The position numbers and the translations under genes were made by a program. DNA of 64,000 bases from an uncultured Patescibacteria group bacterium (lineage in GTDB: Bacteria; Patescibacteriota; Microgenomatia; UBA10105; UBA927): positions 116,599 to 180,598 of the forward strand of contig CAKZSU010000003.1 in the NCBI GenBank assembly GCA_937921305.1. Direction: 5' to 3'. The notes beneath the pieces were generated by a model. It made no database searches, was not told the DNA's origin, and saw nothing but the letters and a program-made list of their open reading frames with translations. Of this stretch, positions 1-10,631 are shown one piece after another. Position 1 is the first letter of the stretch. Every line of letters starts with the position of its first letter.

Positions 1-1037
1 AAATCTTGAACAATCAAAAAATAATTGGTGTACCCTTTTTTGTTGATAATATCCAATTCATACTCTAGCCGTTTTCGCATGTCTTCTGTAAAAACAGGAT
101 ATTTTTTGGAAATTCGCTCTTCGATAAGTTTTCGCAAATACGACTCAGGCGTATATCCCTCCGGAATCGGAAATTTCGGAAGAATCCATTTGCCAACGCT
201 TAATTCAATGTTACACATCTCCGCAATACGGAGCGTATTATCGATCGCCTCAGGAATATCAAGGAATAACGCTTTCATCTCATCGGGAGACCGCATGTAA
301 AAATCAGGACTATTAATCATGGAAAGCGGTCTATCTTTGTCAAGAATAGTTTTTTGAGTTTGTACACAGAGAAGAATTTCTTGCGCCTCAGCGTCTTCCG
401 CGTCAACATAATGAATATCATTCGTCGCCACCATCGGAAGTCCAAGTTTTTTCGCAAGACGGATAAGTCGTTGATTCAGATCTTCAATAAACGGCAAGGC
501 AGGATGTCGTTGAAGCTCGATATAAAAATTTCCCTCTCCGAATAAATCTCTATACAACGACGCAATTTCCTCTGCTTTCTTTTCTTCGTTATGCCGAATT
601 AATGACGCAATTTGCCCTTGCACACACGCACTCGTCGCAATTAACCCCTCATAATGTTCTTTTAATAACTCGAGGTCTATACGAGGTTTATAATAATACC
701 CTTCAAGATGCGCTTTAGTAACGAGTTTCAAAAGATTTTTATAGCCAGTTTCATTTTTTGCAAGCAATAACAAATGATATGGATCCGTATCGATTTTCCC
801 TTCTTTATCATGACGACTCCTCCTTGCCACATAGGTCTCAACCCCAAGAATTGGCTTGATTCCTGCCGCTTTTGCTTGCATATAAAACTTAAAAATGCCA
901 TACATTGCTCCATGATCCGTCAATGCCAACGCATCCATCTCATATGATTTTGCCCGCTCAATCAATTTTGAAAGTTTTCCTAATCCATCAAGAAGAGAAT
1001 ATTCTGAGTGTGTATGAAGGTGAATAAAGTCAGCCAT
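1..1037 (-). CDS. dnaE: DNA polymerase III alpha subunit (DnaE), N-terminal PHP-domain part; the gene continues past the window start
   Basis: Minus-strand frame open from the ATG at 1035-1037 to position 1 with no stop, which is why it is absent from the ORF track. Translation reads MADFIHLHTHSEYSLLDGL...DHGAMYGIFKFY...GYTNYFLIVQD, a typical DnaE PHP N-terminus. Confidence 0.8.
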   Translation of the reverse strand, partial: MADFIHLHTHSEYSLLDGLGKLSKLIERAKSYEMDALALTDHGAMYGIFKFYMQAKAAGIKPILGVETYVARRSRHDKEGKIDTDPYHLLLLAKNETGYKNLLKLVTKAHLEGYYYKPRIDLELLKEHYEGLIATSACVQGQIASLIRHNEEKKAEEIASLYRDLFGEGNFYIELQRHPALPFIEDLNQRLIRLAKKLGLPMVATNDIHYVDAEDAEAQEILLCVQTQKTILDKDRPLSMINSPDFYMRSPDEMKALFLDIPEAIDNTLRIAEMCNIELSVGKWILPKFPIPEGYTPESYLRKLIEERISKKYPVFTEDMRKRLEYELDIINKKGYTNYFLIVQD

Positions 1038-1062
1038 GAAGAAAGTATACTATGTTCTTTTC

Positions 1063-1978
1063 TTAAATCCAGTCATTTTTTATGAATACCCAAAGCATGC
1101 CAACAATAAACACAAGACAAATCGTCATAATCCCAAAGAATGCCATCGGGCTTTCCTGAAACGGCAATTGAACATTCATCCCATAAAAGGAAGCAATAAG
1201 CACGGGAATAGTTAATATCACGGTAAACGAAGTGAACATTTTGATAATCCTATTTAAATTATTTGAAAGAATAATCGTATACGCGTCGCGAAGATTAGTG
1301 ATCGTTCGAATGTTTACTTTTAATAATTCCTCCATTTGTCTCCCCTCAAGAATAATATCTTCAAACGCGTCATCCTCTTCTTCTGTTTTTGTAAATATTT
1401 CACAATCTCGAAGCATTTCATAAATTCTATCCATGCGAAGCAATGAAGTGCTCAAATCGTAGAGCGTGTTCTCAATGTTCACAAATCTAAAAAACATCTG
1501 CATTTGTAATATTTCCTTCTTTCTTTTGATATCGTCGAATCTCTTTGCTTATCGCTGTTAAACAAAAACTATATGCGGCGTTAATTTCTTGAAACAGAGA
1601 AATTAATATCACTTGAGGATCTAATCTTGATTCCCTAGAGATTCGTTGAAGGATAAAATCATAAAACGGAAACGAATCTTTTGTTATGGTGATACATATA
1701 TTAGGAAGAATAATGCACAGCAATGGATATGTCTGAATCTCCGATTTATTTTTGTAAGGATATCGAATAAAAAAATATGGAATATTTTCTTCAAATTCCA
1801 ATCGAGGCACTTCGTAGATATCATACGCGTCAGATAAAAGACTTGAATTCAGATGAAACACTTGAACAAACTGATCAAGCTGAGAAGAAGAGAGCGATTC
1901 ACCGTGTATCCACAACGCGTCATGCTTGATTGTTTGTTGTTCAATAATCTTTTTTGGCGAAGAAAAGTGCTTAAACAT
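1063..1978 (-). CDS. corA: CorA Mg2+/Co2+ transporter, split into two ORFs (1487..1978 N-terminal, 1063..1503 C-terminal) by a frameshift
   Basis: The C-terminal ORF carries the YGMNV (GMN) signature and two C-terminal TM helices. The combined length (163+146 aa) matches CorA. The two reading frames switch inside an A6 run at 1489-1494. Confidence 0.7.
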
Positions 1979-2020
1979 ATTCGACCCTTTGGCTACTAAA
2001 CAATCAAAAGAATAGAAGAA

Positions 2021-3340
2021 TTAAGAAAGCGACCGCTCTAGACGATCATAAATAATTTTCTTATCTCCTTTTCCGTGAAGTTTCTTCATCACTTGTCCAA
2101 AAAGAAACATCAACGCCGGCTTCTTTCCCGCTTTATAATCTTGGACCGCCTTTTCGTGATCCAAAATCACATCGTGTATCGCTTGTTGCATTTCGTCGTC
2201 TGAAACATGAATGACCGTTGTTGCTTGAACAATTTGATGAAGAAGATCAGTTGCTGAGACTGCATGAATATCAACTTTTTTATTGATAATCCAATTTGCA
2301 ATCGTCGTTGGAGCAAGATTATGATTTCTCCCTTCTTTTACAGCATCTTCGAAATACTGAGCAATCTGGCGACTTGCGATCAGCATATCAATAAGTTGAT
2401 CGGATAATTGATATGCTTCTTTGAATCGTCGAGCTTTTTCATCAGGAAGCTCAGGAAGATTCTCTCGCAACGATTCAATATATTGCTCTGTAAAATGAAG
2501 TGGAGGAATATCAGGATCAGGAAAGTATCGATAATCTTCAGCGTGCTCTTTTGATCGTTGAGAAAATGTTTGCCCAGCGTCTTCATTCCATCCTCTTGTT
2601 TCTTGTTTTGGAGTAGCGCCAGATTCAAATATTGATATGTGACGAGCGACTTCATATTCAATCGCTTTTTTCACAAAATTAAATGAATTAATATTTTTGA
2701 CCTCGATTTTATATGGCGGCAACCCTTCATCTTCTGATTGTTTCACTGATATATTCGGCTCCAACCGCATGCTTCCTTTCTCCATGTCCGCGTCGGAAAT
2801 ATCGAGATATCGAATAATTTGATGAAGTTTCTTCAAAAATGATTTCGCGTGCTCTCCACTTCGAATATCGGGTTCCGTGACGATTTCAATCAACGGAACG
2901 CCAGATCTGTTAAAATCAATAAGTGTGACTTCTTTTCCATCAATTGTCGTATGCTGAAGCTTTCCCGTATCTTCTTCTAAATGAACCCGATGAATGCGAA
3001 CATCACCTTCAGGAAGAGATAACACGCCGCCTAAACATAATGGTTGATCATATTGGCTAATTTGATATCCCTTCGAGAGATCGGGATAGAAATAATGCTT
3101 TCGATCGAACTTTGAAACCATGTTTATTTTGCAATTCAATGCTAATCCCAACATAATCGTCCATTCAATCGCTTTCTTGTTCGGCACAGGAAGTCCTCCG
3201 GGCATACCCAAACAAACAGGACAGGTATAGATATTCGGCTTTGGAGCGTGAAACGGATCGTTCTTGCACCCGCAAAACATCTTCGATTGCGTCTTTAATT
3301 CAACATGAATTTCTAAACCAATAATAGGCGTATAGGACAT
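2021..3340 (-). CDS. gatB: Asp-tRNA(Asn)/Glu-tRNA(Gln) amidotransferase subunit B
   Basis: MSYTPIIGLEIHVELKTQSKMFCGC...PVCLGMPGGLP matches the GatB N-terminus. The start is taken at the internal ATG (MSYTP); the listed ORF start is further upstream. Confidence 0.9.
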   Translation of the reverse strand: MSYTPIIGLEIHVELKTQSKMFCGCKNDPFHAPKPNIYTCPVCLGMPGGLPVPNKKAIEWTIMLGLALNCKINMVSKFDRKHYFYPDLSKGYQISQYDQPLCLGGVLSLPEGDVRIHRVHLEEDTGKLQHTTIDGKEVTLIDFNRSGVPLIEIVTEPDIRSGEHAKSFLKKLHQIIRYLDISDADMEKGSMRLEPNISVKQSEDEGLPPYKIEVKNINSFNFVKKAIEYEVARHISIFESGATPKQETRGWNEDAGQTFSQRSKEHAEDYRYFPDPDIPPLHFTEQYIESLRENLPELPDEKARRFKEAYQLSDQLIDMLIASRQIAQYFEDAVKEGRNHNLAPTTIANWIINKKVDIHAVSATDLLHQIVQATTVIHVSDDEMQQAIHDVILDHEKAVQDYKAGKKPALMFLFGQVMKKLHGKGDKKIIYDRLERSLS

Positions 3341-3454
3341 AGATAACAGACAATAACTGACTGCCAATGGATGACTGCAAACAGCCAACGGAAAAAAGCT
3401 AATTACAAACAGTCAATAAATAAATAACGATTGATAATGCGTCTTCTTTAATCT

Positions 3455-4873
3455 TCATATTTTATCTACTTTGTGAATCCAGCGATTCCATGGCGTTTCT
3501 CGCTCATAGAGATACGCCGCTTGCAACACCTTTTCTTCCTCAAAATGATCGCCAATAATCGCCAATCCTAATGACAAATTCGTTTTTGAATCTCTGTAAC
3601 AAGGAATAGAAATAGCGGGATTTCCCGCAAGAGACGACGGTTCATTAAGCATGTCCACAACTTCCCCGAACATAGGATTTCCTTCGCTCGCTCCAACTTT
3701 CAACGCGTATCCAGGAGACGGTGTAGAGATGAGGAGATCGTATGAAGAAAATAATTGATCAAAATTTTTTTTGTATAACATTCGAACCTGTTGAGCTTTT
3801 ATATAATATTTATCGGCGTATCCCTTTGACAGGGTAAATGTTCCGAGCATGATTCGCCGTTTTGCTTCATTGCCAAAGTGTGATCGATCCCTGCCATATC
3901 GAATGCCGTCATATCGAGCCAAGTTGCTTGCCACTTCACTTCGTTGAACGATCGTATATACAGCGACAGCATAATCTGGAGAAAGAACCTTATCTTTTTC
4001 AAGTGTCTGAGAAAGTTTAATTTCATCAACGATAGCGCCATGAGACGCAAAAAGTTTCCCAGCGTTGATCACAACTTCTTTGACTTCTTGAGGCATATGC
4101 AGATGATCCATATATATAATGCCAATTCGCATTCCTTTCACGCCTTTTTGCAAAGACGATCGATAATCTGGAGCTTTTCGATTTGATGATGTCGCATCAT
4201 ATAGATCTTTTCCCGCCATATACCGCAAAAGAATCGCTGCATCTTCGACGGTTTTTGTCATTGGACCAGGGCAATCTAACGAAGATCCCATCGCAATGAC
4301 CCCAGCACGACTCACGCGACCGTAGGTTGGCTTCAATCCAACGCACCCGCACCAACACGCGGGAATTCGTATCGACCCAGCTGTTTCAGATCCAATCGCC
4401 GCGATGCACATATCTGCGGACACAGCGGCGGCGCTTCCTCCAGAAGATCCGCCCGGAGAATAATCGGGATTATCAGGATTTCGCGTTGTTCCAAAATCCG
4501 ATGTCTCCGTGCTTGATCCATGCGCCCACGCGTCTAAATTTGTTTTGCCAATAACAACGCCGCCAGCGTCTTTTATCCGCTTTGTCACTGTTGATTCGTA
4601 TGGCGAATAAAATCCTTCAAGAACGCGAGAAGACGCGGTCGTTGGGAGACCAACAGTTAAAAAGTTGTCTTTTATCGCTATCGGAACGCCAGCAAGATCT
4701 GTTTCAGGATTTCCTTTCTCCGATGAGTGTTCATCGATAGAGAGATACACATTCAACGTCGGATTTTTTTCTCGAATGAATGCATGCACCTCACCATGAA
4801 CCTCCTGAACGCTAACCTCTTTCGATTTGATCAATTCTATTGCTTTTGTAAGAGTTAAACGATGTAATGTCAT
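3455..4873 (-). CDS. gatA: Glu-tRNA(Gln) amidotransferase subunit A (amidase family)
   Basis: Carries the amidase signature GGSSGGSAAAVSADMCIAAIGSETAGSIRIPA. The listed ORF start at 4900 is TTG; the ATG at 4873 (MTLHRLTLTKAIEL) fits the GatA N-terminus and avoids overlap with gatC. Confidence 0.9.
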   Translation of the reverse strand: MTLHRLTLTKAIELIKSKEVSVQEVHGEVHAFIREKNPTLNVYLSIDEHSSEKGNPETDLAGVPIAIKDNFLTVGLPTTASSRVLEGFYSPYESTVTKRIKDAGGVVIGKTNLDAWAHGSSTETSDFGTTRNPDNPDYSPGGSSGGSAAAVSADMCIAAIGSETAGSIRIPACWCGCVGLKPTYGRVSRAGVIAMGSSLDCPGPMTKTVEDAAILLRYMAGKDLYDATSSNRKAPDYRSSLQKGVKGMRIGIIYMDHLHMPQEVKEVVINAGKLFASHGAIVDEIKLSQTLEKDKVLSPDYAVAVYTIVQRSEVASNLARYDGIRYGRDRSHFGNEAKRRIMLGTFTLSKGYADKYYIKAQQVRMLYKKNFDQLFSSYDLLISTPSPGYALKVGASEGNPMFGEVVDMLNEPSSLAGNPAISIPCYRDSKTNLSLGLAIIGDHFEEEKVLQAAYLYERETPWNRWIHKVDKI

Positions 4874-4880
4874 ACTTTCT

Positions 4881-5204
4881 TTATTCGTCTTGATAATCAA
4901 TCACTTGATCCACAACAATATATCCGTTGTGTGTTCGAAGAGCATTTGACAAAGCTTGTTCTTGCGTAAACATTCTTGATTCATCGACAATATCCTCTCT
5001 GGTGACATTTTCCAAATCCACGGCATGATAATCTTCATGAATATCCTTCGTGTCAATACGTTGCAGCTGATCTAAAACGATCATTGTTTTGGTAAACCCT
5101 TCAGCCAACGAAACAGCTTGCGTTTCATCTATAGGAATATTTGCAAGCTTTGCCACCATGTGAACATCTTGAGAACTAAATGTGTAAGTCATAGTTGAAA
5201 GCAT
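4881..5204 (-). CDS. gatC: Glu-tRNA(Gln) amidotransferase subunit C
   Basis: A ~100-aa protein immediately upstream of gatA in the classic gatCAB order, with a GatC-like acidic C-terminus. Confidence 0.75.
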   Translation of the reverse strand: MLSTMTYTFSSQDVHMVAKLANIPIDETQAVSLAEGFTKTMIVLDQLQRIDTKDIHEDYHAVDLENVTREDIVDESRMFTQEQALSNALRTHNGYIVVDQVIDYQDE

Positions 5205-5230
5205 TATATCATGCTGGTAGGATACGATCT

Positions 5231-5518
5231 ATGAGAGAATATCAAAAAGCGTTTCAAGCAATGCTTGAAGAAAACAAAGAATTATTTAACACCTTCAAAG
5301 CTGTTCACGACGCATACATGATAAATCCGGAAGCAAATAAAGAAAAATTTAATGAAATAGGAGCAACCGTTGTTGACATTGTTAGAGAAACAGAACGAAG
5401 ATTGTGCGCGCAAATGGGGAAAAGCGTCTATAGCAAATTTAGTCATCGCCTGTCTGAAAAGTTCTGGGAACAAGTTCGAACGATGTTTCCAAAAATCGAC
5501 TTTGTCGGCGTAAGATAG
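5231..5518 (+). CDS. hypothetical small protein (96 aa)
   Basis: ORF with an ATG at 5231 (MREYQKAF...); the listed ORF start at 5195 is TTG. No recognisable domain. Confidence 0.4.
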   Translation: MREYQKAFQAMLEENKELFNTFKAVHDAYMINPEANKEKFNEIGATVVDIVRETERRLCAQMGKSVYSKFSHRLSEKFWEQVRTMFPKIDFVGVR

Positions 5519-5520
5519 AA

Positions 5521-6129
5521 TCAAATCAATACTCTTCCCGTGTCGTAGTACCTTAATAAAGACAGGTCATTTCTTCCTGAAAAAAGCAATTCATTTATCA
5601 ACTTTTTCAATCGAATTCTATCAAATATACTGCTCCCAAGAAGAACCACGGGGACATGTTGATCTAATAAATCGGCGATCATGCTGGAAAATCGCTCAAA
5701 TGAGCGATGATTGAGCATCTTTCCAAATCCGAGATGAAAGTCAACATGACAATCCGGATTTATCTTCAAAAGCACGCGTCGTATTCTCTCTTGCAATCGA
5801 TGAGAAAAAAATGGAAACGCTCCTGATTCTTCTTGAACAGGAATTCTCATGGAAACAATATGTATCGATCTAGCATGACGAGCAATGCTTCGAAAGAACA
5901 CCCATTTATATGGATCATTATCATTCTGAAAGAGATGATTCATAACACCATCAAAATCTGTCCATACATCAACCAAAGAAGTGTCTTTTTCAAACGCTGG
6001 ATCGTCAAGAACATCGCTGACAGAACGGATATTCCGAATGGTTGGGCGATATTTCTCTGGAAGAGACGAAAGAGAACGATCAATCTCACAAGAAGGGCGT
6101 AAGAAAAAACAAATCTCCCGAGTATTCAT
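5521..6129 (-). CDS. hypothetical protein, co-oriented and contiguous with gatD (possible third gene of the murT-gatD unit)
   Basis: 203-aa ORF whose ATG at 6129 directly abuts the gatD stop at 6126. I recognise no confident family; motifs such as PDCHVDFHLGFG are present. Confidence 0.5.
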   Translation of the reverse strand: MNTREICFFLRPSCEIDRSLSSLPEKYRPTIRNIRSVSDVLDDPAFEKDTSLVDVWTDFDGVMNHLFQNDNDPYKWVFFRSIARHARSIHIVSMRIPVQEESGAFPFFSHRLQERIRRVLLKINPDCHVDFHLGFGKMLNHRSFERFSSMIADLLDQHVPVVLLGSSIFDRIRLKKLINELLFSGRNDLSLLRYYDTGRVLI

Positions 6130-6881
6130 AATGAACAAGCGTATTCATGCGCCTTCCATTCAAGGTCGTCGGGCAAAGGATCAAGATGAACAGTTTTTTT
6201 GTACTTTATCGAAAGGGCTGTATAAATCAACCAATCCGCAATATGCGGATTTTTTGAAAGAAACGGCCCATGAGCGTAAGTAGCAATACAATGCTTATAC
6301 ATCGCTCCCTCTGTGCCGTCTTCTCCGTTATTTCCAAACCCTTTAATGACACGCGCAAAAGAAGAAACGCCATTCCCTAAATATGTTCTCCCTCCATGAT
6401 TTTCAAATCCAACAATTGTCGGACGAAATGGAAGATGAGAGACTTTGAAACGATCAGATATTTCGGCAACAAGATTTCCAATGCATCGAGGTTTATCTTT
6501 TCCGAAGTGCTTCGTCACCATATCAAAGATTCCCAGTCCCTGTAGTTTCTCTCCGTCTCCAGTCATGTAGTAGTGCCCAAGCAATTGGGGAGATCCGCAC
6601 ACAAACAATCCAACTTTATTCTCATTAAACAACTCTTTTAAGATGCCGCCCTTTCTTCTTCGTAAATCTTCAATAACTAATTTTTGTTGTCTATCTTGCG
6701 CGCCACCTCCAATAACAATATCGCATTGTTGAATATCTTGCTCCGATGTGTCAAATGTGATCGAACAAATTTTTACATCAATACCTCTCCATTCGCATCG
6801 CTTTTTAAGTACCACAATATTTCCTCGATCACCATATGTACTCATTAAATCTGGGTATAACCATCCAACAATCAAGTTCAT
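6126..6881 (-). CDS. gatD: lipid II isoglutaminyl synthase, glutaminase subunit GatD (CobB/CobQ-like GATase)
   Basis: Motifs CGSPQLLG (nucleophile Cys), GFENHGGRTY, GFGNNGEDG and YAHGP closely match S. aureus GatD. A strong RBS (GGGAGG) precedes the ATG at 6881. Confidence 0.85.
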   Translation of the reverse strand: MNLIVGWLYPDLMSTYGDRGNIVVLKKRCEWRGIDVKICSITFDTSEQDIQQCDIVIGGGAQDRQQKLVIEDLRRRKGGILKELFNENKVGLFVCGSPQLLGHYYMTGDGEKLQGLGIFDMVTKHFGKDKPRCIGNLVAEISDRFKVSHLPFRPTIVGFENHGGRTYLGNGVSSFARVIKGFGNNGEDGTEGAMYKHCIATYAHGPFLSKNPHIADWLIYTALSIKYKKTVHLDPLPDDLEWKAHEYACSL

Positions 6882-8185
6882 AAAATTTTCCTCCCGAGTA
6901 AATATTTTCTAACACCAAGCATAGCAGTATATGTTGGTAGCACCCATATATGATCATCAACAGTTGTTCGCGATATCGCATACTTCATTGCTTCATCAGT
7001 TAAATCAAACACATGTATTCGAGAGGAAGAAACACCGGCATATTTCAAACGCACCGCCATGTCGCACCTCCGATCTCCGGAAACAATCACTGGAATATCA
7101 ACATCTGAAACCATCTCCATATCCGCATCCCAAATCCAACTTACATCCCTGCCGTCGGCAATTCTATCGTTTAACAAAAATACAATCGGTCCTTTTTTTG
7201 ACGATCGCAGCACAGTTCGAAGGGATTCATTTAATCCCGTTGGATTTTTTGACAGTAAGATTGTTACTCGCCGACGATGAAATGTGATTTGCTCCATTCT
7301 TCCAAACGCTGGAGAAAACGATGAGAGCGCCTTCGCAATATGTTCTCGAGAAATGCCTAGCGCAAGCCCAGTCAACGATGCAGCAAGCGTGTTGTAGATG
7401 TTATATGTTCCTTCAAGAGGCGATACGACATCCTTTGCCGTTAACGATAACTCTGGATGAATAAACCCACATCGACCGCACGCCCATTTCCCAAGATGAG
7501 AAAAATACACACCGCCAAATGTTAGTTTATTTCCGCATTCTGGACAGTATGACGCATCCATGGCATGCTCCGCCGATGGAAGAAATAACTCTGAATCATC
7601 AATGCCAAAAAATCGCACATCATGATGAATGAGACGCTTTCCGATAAACGCAAGCTGGGGGTCATCGCCGTTAATAATACACACGAATCGTGAATTCATG
7701 TTAACTAAAGCATTCATCCACTTCTCAGCAATGGCGTCAACTTCTCCATACCGATCCAACTGATCTCGAAATAAATTCAAGAGAACAATCATATGAGGCG
7801 ATAGTTCTTCTAATAGCTTAGGAAGCGTCGCTTCATCAACCTCAAAAATACTATATCGAGAACGAAGATTGCCAAACCAATCGCTATCATGTACAAAAGC
7901 GGACACGATTCCATTATCAAGATTCGCTCCGCTTTCATTTCTGCGAACGCGCATCCCAGCATACCGCAATATCGTATCAATCATCTTTGCCGTTGTCGTT
8001 TTGCCATTTGTGCCAGCTACAAGAATAATTTTTCCATCTTGAGAGGCAAATGCTTTAAGTATTGCAGGACGGAAACGAAGGACAAACTCTCCCGGCCATG
8101 TGGCGCCAGAGCCAAGACGAAATACACGAATGAAAAGCATGAATATCTTCGAACAAACAATCACAATTCTATCGAAGACATTCAT
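6878..8185 (-). CDS. murT: lipid II isoglutaminyl synthase, Mur-ligase-like subunit MurT
   Basis: Mur ligase P-loop (VAGTNGKTTT), a Cys4 ribbon (CPECGN...CGRCG) and a C-terminal DUF1727 motif (DVSWIWDAD). Its stop overlaps the gatD start, as in a murT-gatD operon. Confidence 0.85.
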   Translation of the reverse strand: MNVFDRIVIVCSKIFMLFIRVFRLGSGATWPGEFVLRFRPAILKAFASQDGKIILVAGTNGKTTTAKMIDTILRYAGMRVRRNESGANLDNGIVSAFVHDSDWFGNLRSRYSIFEVDEATLPKLLEELSPHMIVLLNLFRDQLDRYGEVDAIAEKWMNALVNMNSRFVCIINGDDPQLAFIGKRLIHHDVRFFGIDDSELFLPSAEHAMDASYCPECGNKLTFGGVYFSHLGKWACGRCGFIHPELSLTAKDVVSPLEGTYNIYNTLAASLTGLALGISREHIAKALSSFSPAFGRMEQITFHRRRVTILLSKNPTGLNESLRTVLRSSKKGPIVFLLNDRIADGRDVSWIWDADMEMVSDVDIPVIVSGDRRCDMAVRLKYAGVSSSRIHVFDLTDEAMKYAISRTTVDDHIWVLPTYTAMLGVRKYLLGRKIL

Positions 8186-8206
8186 GACTATATTATCTCA
8201 CATACG

Positions 8207-10348
8207 TTAATTTGGTTGGAGAAAGAGAATCTTGCCGTCTTTGTAATCCACTTTTACAACAGAATGTTGCGCAATATTTCGCTCGATAATTCGAAGCGAC
8301 AATTCATCAAGAATCTGATCTTGGATTACCCGCTTCAATGGGCGAGCACCAAACGCTGGATCATATCCCGTTTCTTGCAGATACTGCTTTACCGATTCTG
8401 TAAACTGAAGATGAATATGTTGCTTTTTCAACCGTTCTTCAACAATCGCCAATTGCAAATCAACAATCCGTCGAAGTTCTTCCGGACGCAAACTCTGGAA
8501 TATCGTGATATGGTCAAGTCTATTGAGAAACTCTGGTCGAAACGCTTTATACACAATATCCAAAACTTTCGCTTCCATCTCTATCTGGTCTTTTTCCGCG
8601 TATGAACGAATGATATCTGATCCAAGATTTGATGTTATGATTAAAATTGTATTTGTGAAATTCACCACGCGACCCCGTCCATCGGTAAGGCGTCCGTCAT
8701 CAAAAATTTGAAGAAACACATTGAATACTTGCGGATGCGCTTTCTCCACTTCGTCAAACAGAATGACGGAGTACGGCTTTCTTCGCACTGCTTCTGTCAA
8801 CTGTCCTCCCTCGTCATATCCCACATACCCAGGAGGAGCTCCGATGAGCCGGGCGACAGAATGAGGTTCCATATATTCACTCATGTCAATCCGAATTAAA
8901 GCCTTCTCATCGTTAAATAAATAATCAGCTAACGCCTTTGCCGTTTCTGTTTTTCCCACACCCGTTGGACCAAGAAAAAGAAATGTTCCGATCGGGCGCT
9001 TTTCGTCGCCAATTCCAGCCCGATTTCTCCGAATTGCCGACGCTACATGCTGAATCGCAGTTTCCTGACCAACAACCCGTTTCGCCAATTCTTCCTCAAG
9101 ATGAACAAGCTTTTCCGCTTCAGATGCAAGCAGTTTCGACACGGGAATCCCCGTCCATCGCGACACGACACGCGCGATATCTTCTTGCGTGACTTCCTCT
9201 CGCAATAATCGTTCTTCTTCCGGTATTTTCGCTAAATCCTGTTCAAGCGTTCGAATCGTTTTTTCCACTTCTGGAATTTTTCCATATTTAATCTCCGCGG
9301 CTTTATCAAGCAACGCCTCTCGCTCCGCTCGTTCCAGTTCCACCCGAAGACTGTCAAGTTCAACTCGTTTTGCCTGAAGTTTCGCGATAATATCTTTCTG
9401 CTCCTGCCACCGTTTCTCCAATATGCTTACCTTTTCTTTCAATCCTTGGATAACTTTCTCCACTTCCTCAATTCGCTCTTTATCTGCTTTCTCTCGTTTT
9501 AACGCCGCTTTTTCAATTTCTCGTTGCGTCAATGTTCGCTTCAATTCATCAAGCTCGAGAGGCATGCTTTCCGTGTCAATTTTTAATCCCGATGCCGCCT
9601 CGTCAACAAGGTCAATCGCCTTGTCTGGAAGAAATCGATCGGGAATATACCGGAGAGAAAGATCAACCGCGGCAAGCAACGCGTCATCGGTAATCCGGAT
9701 GCCATGATGGACTTCGTATTTTTCTTTCAATCCTCGAAGAATCGCAATCGCGTCTTCTCGAGAAGGCTCAGAAAGATAAACTGGCTGAAATCTCCGCTCA
9801 AGCGCTGCGTCTCTTTCAATGTACTGACGATACTCTCGGACAGTCGTCGCGCCGATTGCGTGTAATTCTCCTCGCGCCAACGCAGGTTTTAAGATATTCG
9901 CGGCATCCATCGATCCACTCGTGGCTCCCGCGCCGACAAGCGTATGAAGTTCATCCATGAACACGATATACTTTCCCGAGGATTCTTCTATTTTTTTCAA
10001 TAGTTTTTTTAATCGCTCTTCAAACTCTCCTCGAAATGCCGAACCAGCAACAAGAGACGCGATATCCAATGCAAGAATTTCCTTATGTTTTAAAGTTGAC
10101 GGAACATCGCCAGAAACAATCCGTTGAGCAAGTCCCTCAACCACAGCGGTTTTTCCAACGCCTGGATCTCCCAAAAGGACTGGATTGTTTTTTGTTCGTC
10201 TCGCCAAAATCTGCATGACGCGTCGAATTTCTTCGTTTCTTCCAATCACTGGGTCAAGTTTGCCAATTCGAGCTTTTTCTGTAAGATTTACTGTGTGCGC
10301 TTCAAGTGGATCTCGATTGTCTTGTGGAGGTTGATAATTGATATCCAT
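8207..10348 (-). CDS. clpB: ClpB-type AAA+ disaggregase lacking the N-terminal substrate domain
   Basis: Two AAA modules (GDPGVGKTA and GPTGVGKTE Walker A motifs) with a long coiled-coil M-domain between them. At 713 aa it equals ClpB minus the ~145-aa N-domain; the protein begins just upstream of D1. Confidence 0.85.
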   Translation of the reverse strand: MDINYQPPQDNRDPLEAHTVNLTEKARIGKLDPVIGRNEEIRRVMQILARRTKNNPVLLGDPGVGKTAVVEGLAQRIVSGDVPSTLKHKEILALDIASLVAGSAFRGEFEERLKKLLKKIEESSGKYIVFMDELHTLVGAGATSGSMDAANILKPALARGELHAIGATTVREYRQYIERDAALERRFQPVYLSEPSREDAIAILRGLKEKYEVHHGIRITDDALLAAVDLSLRYIPDRFLPDKAIDLVDEAASGLKIDTESMPLELDELKRTLTQREIEKAALKREKADKERIEEVEKVIQGLKEKVSILEKRWQEQKDIIAKLQAKRVELDSLRVELERAEREALLDKAAEIKYGKIPEVEKTIRTLEQDLAKIPEEERLLREEVTQEDIARVVSRWTGIPVSKLLASEAEKLVHLEEELAKRVVGQETAIQHVASAIRRNRAGIGDEKRPIGTFLFLGPTGVGKTETAKALADYLFNDEKALIRIDMSEYMEPHSVARLIGAPPGYVGYDEGGQLTEAVRRKPYSVILFDEVEKAHPQVFNVFLQIFDDGRLTDGRGRVVNFTNTILIITSNLGSDIIRSYAEKDQIEMEAKVLDIVYKAFRPEFLNRLDHITIFQSLRPEELRRIVDLQLAIVEERLKKQHIHLQFTESVKQYLQETGYDPAFGARPLKRVIQDQILDELSLRIIERNIAQHSVVKVDYKDGKILFLQPN

Positions 10349-10400
10349 GTAGCTCAGTATAAGAAAATTAGCACTTAAATGTCAAGATTGCTAATCTATC

Positions 10401-10610
10401 TTATTTCGCTTGCCCAACATAGGTTATGCGACGAGAAATACTGCGTTGATCTCTTAATTGCATCAGTTCTTTAACCATATCTGGAGATAAAAGGTCAAGC
10501 TGATATTCTTCATCCTTTTTCTTTTTTCTATGCTTTTTCTTTACAGAAGAAGGAATATGAAAATAATCATAAAGAGCTTGCAACAAATCTTCAGCAGAAT
10601 CATTACTCAT
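10401..10610 (-). CDS. hypothetical small basic protein (69 aa)
   Basis: ATG-initiated ORF between htpX and clpB in the same orientation, with a lysine-rich centre (KKKHRKKKKDEE). No SD sequence seen. Confidence 0.25.
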   Translation of the reverse strand: MSNDSAEDLLQALYDYFHIPSSVKKKHRKKKKDEEYQLDLLSPDMVKELMQLRDQRSISRRITYVGQAK

Positions 10611-10631
10611 AAATGTAGTCTAATAAATGTT

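Noticed and set aside
1487-1503. Programmed ribosomal frameshift in corA
   Set aside because: No slippery heptamer or stimulatory structure is present. A simple A6 homopolymer indel explains it.
7889-10378. Multiple 60-240 aa plus-strand ORFs (for example 7889..8605, 8938..9192, 9423..9707) overlapping murT and clpB
   Set aside because: They lie antisense to strongly supported genes, have biased low-complexity composition (S/R-rich) and show no motifs. They are artefacts of open antisense frames.
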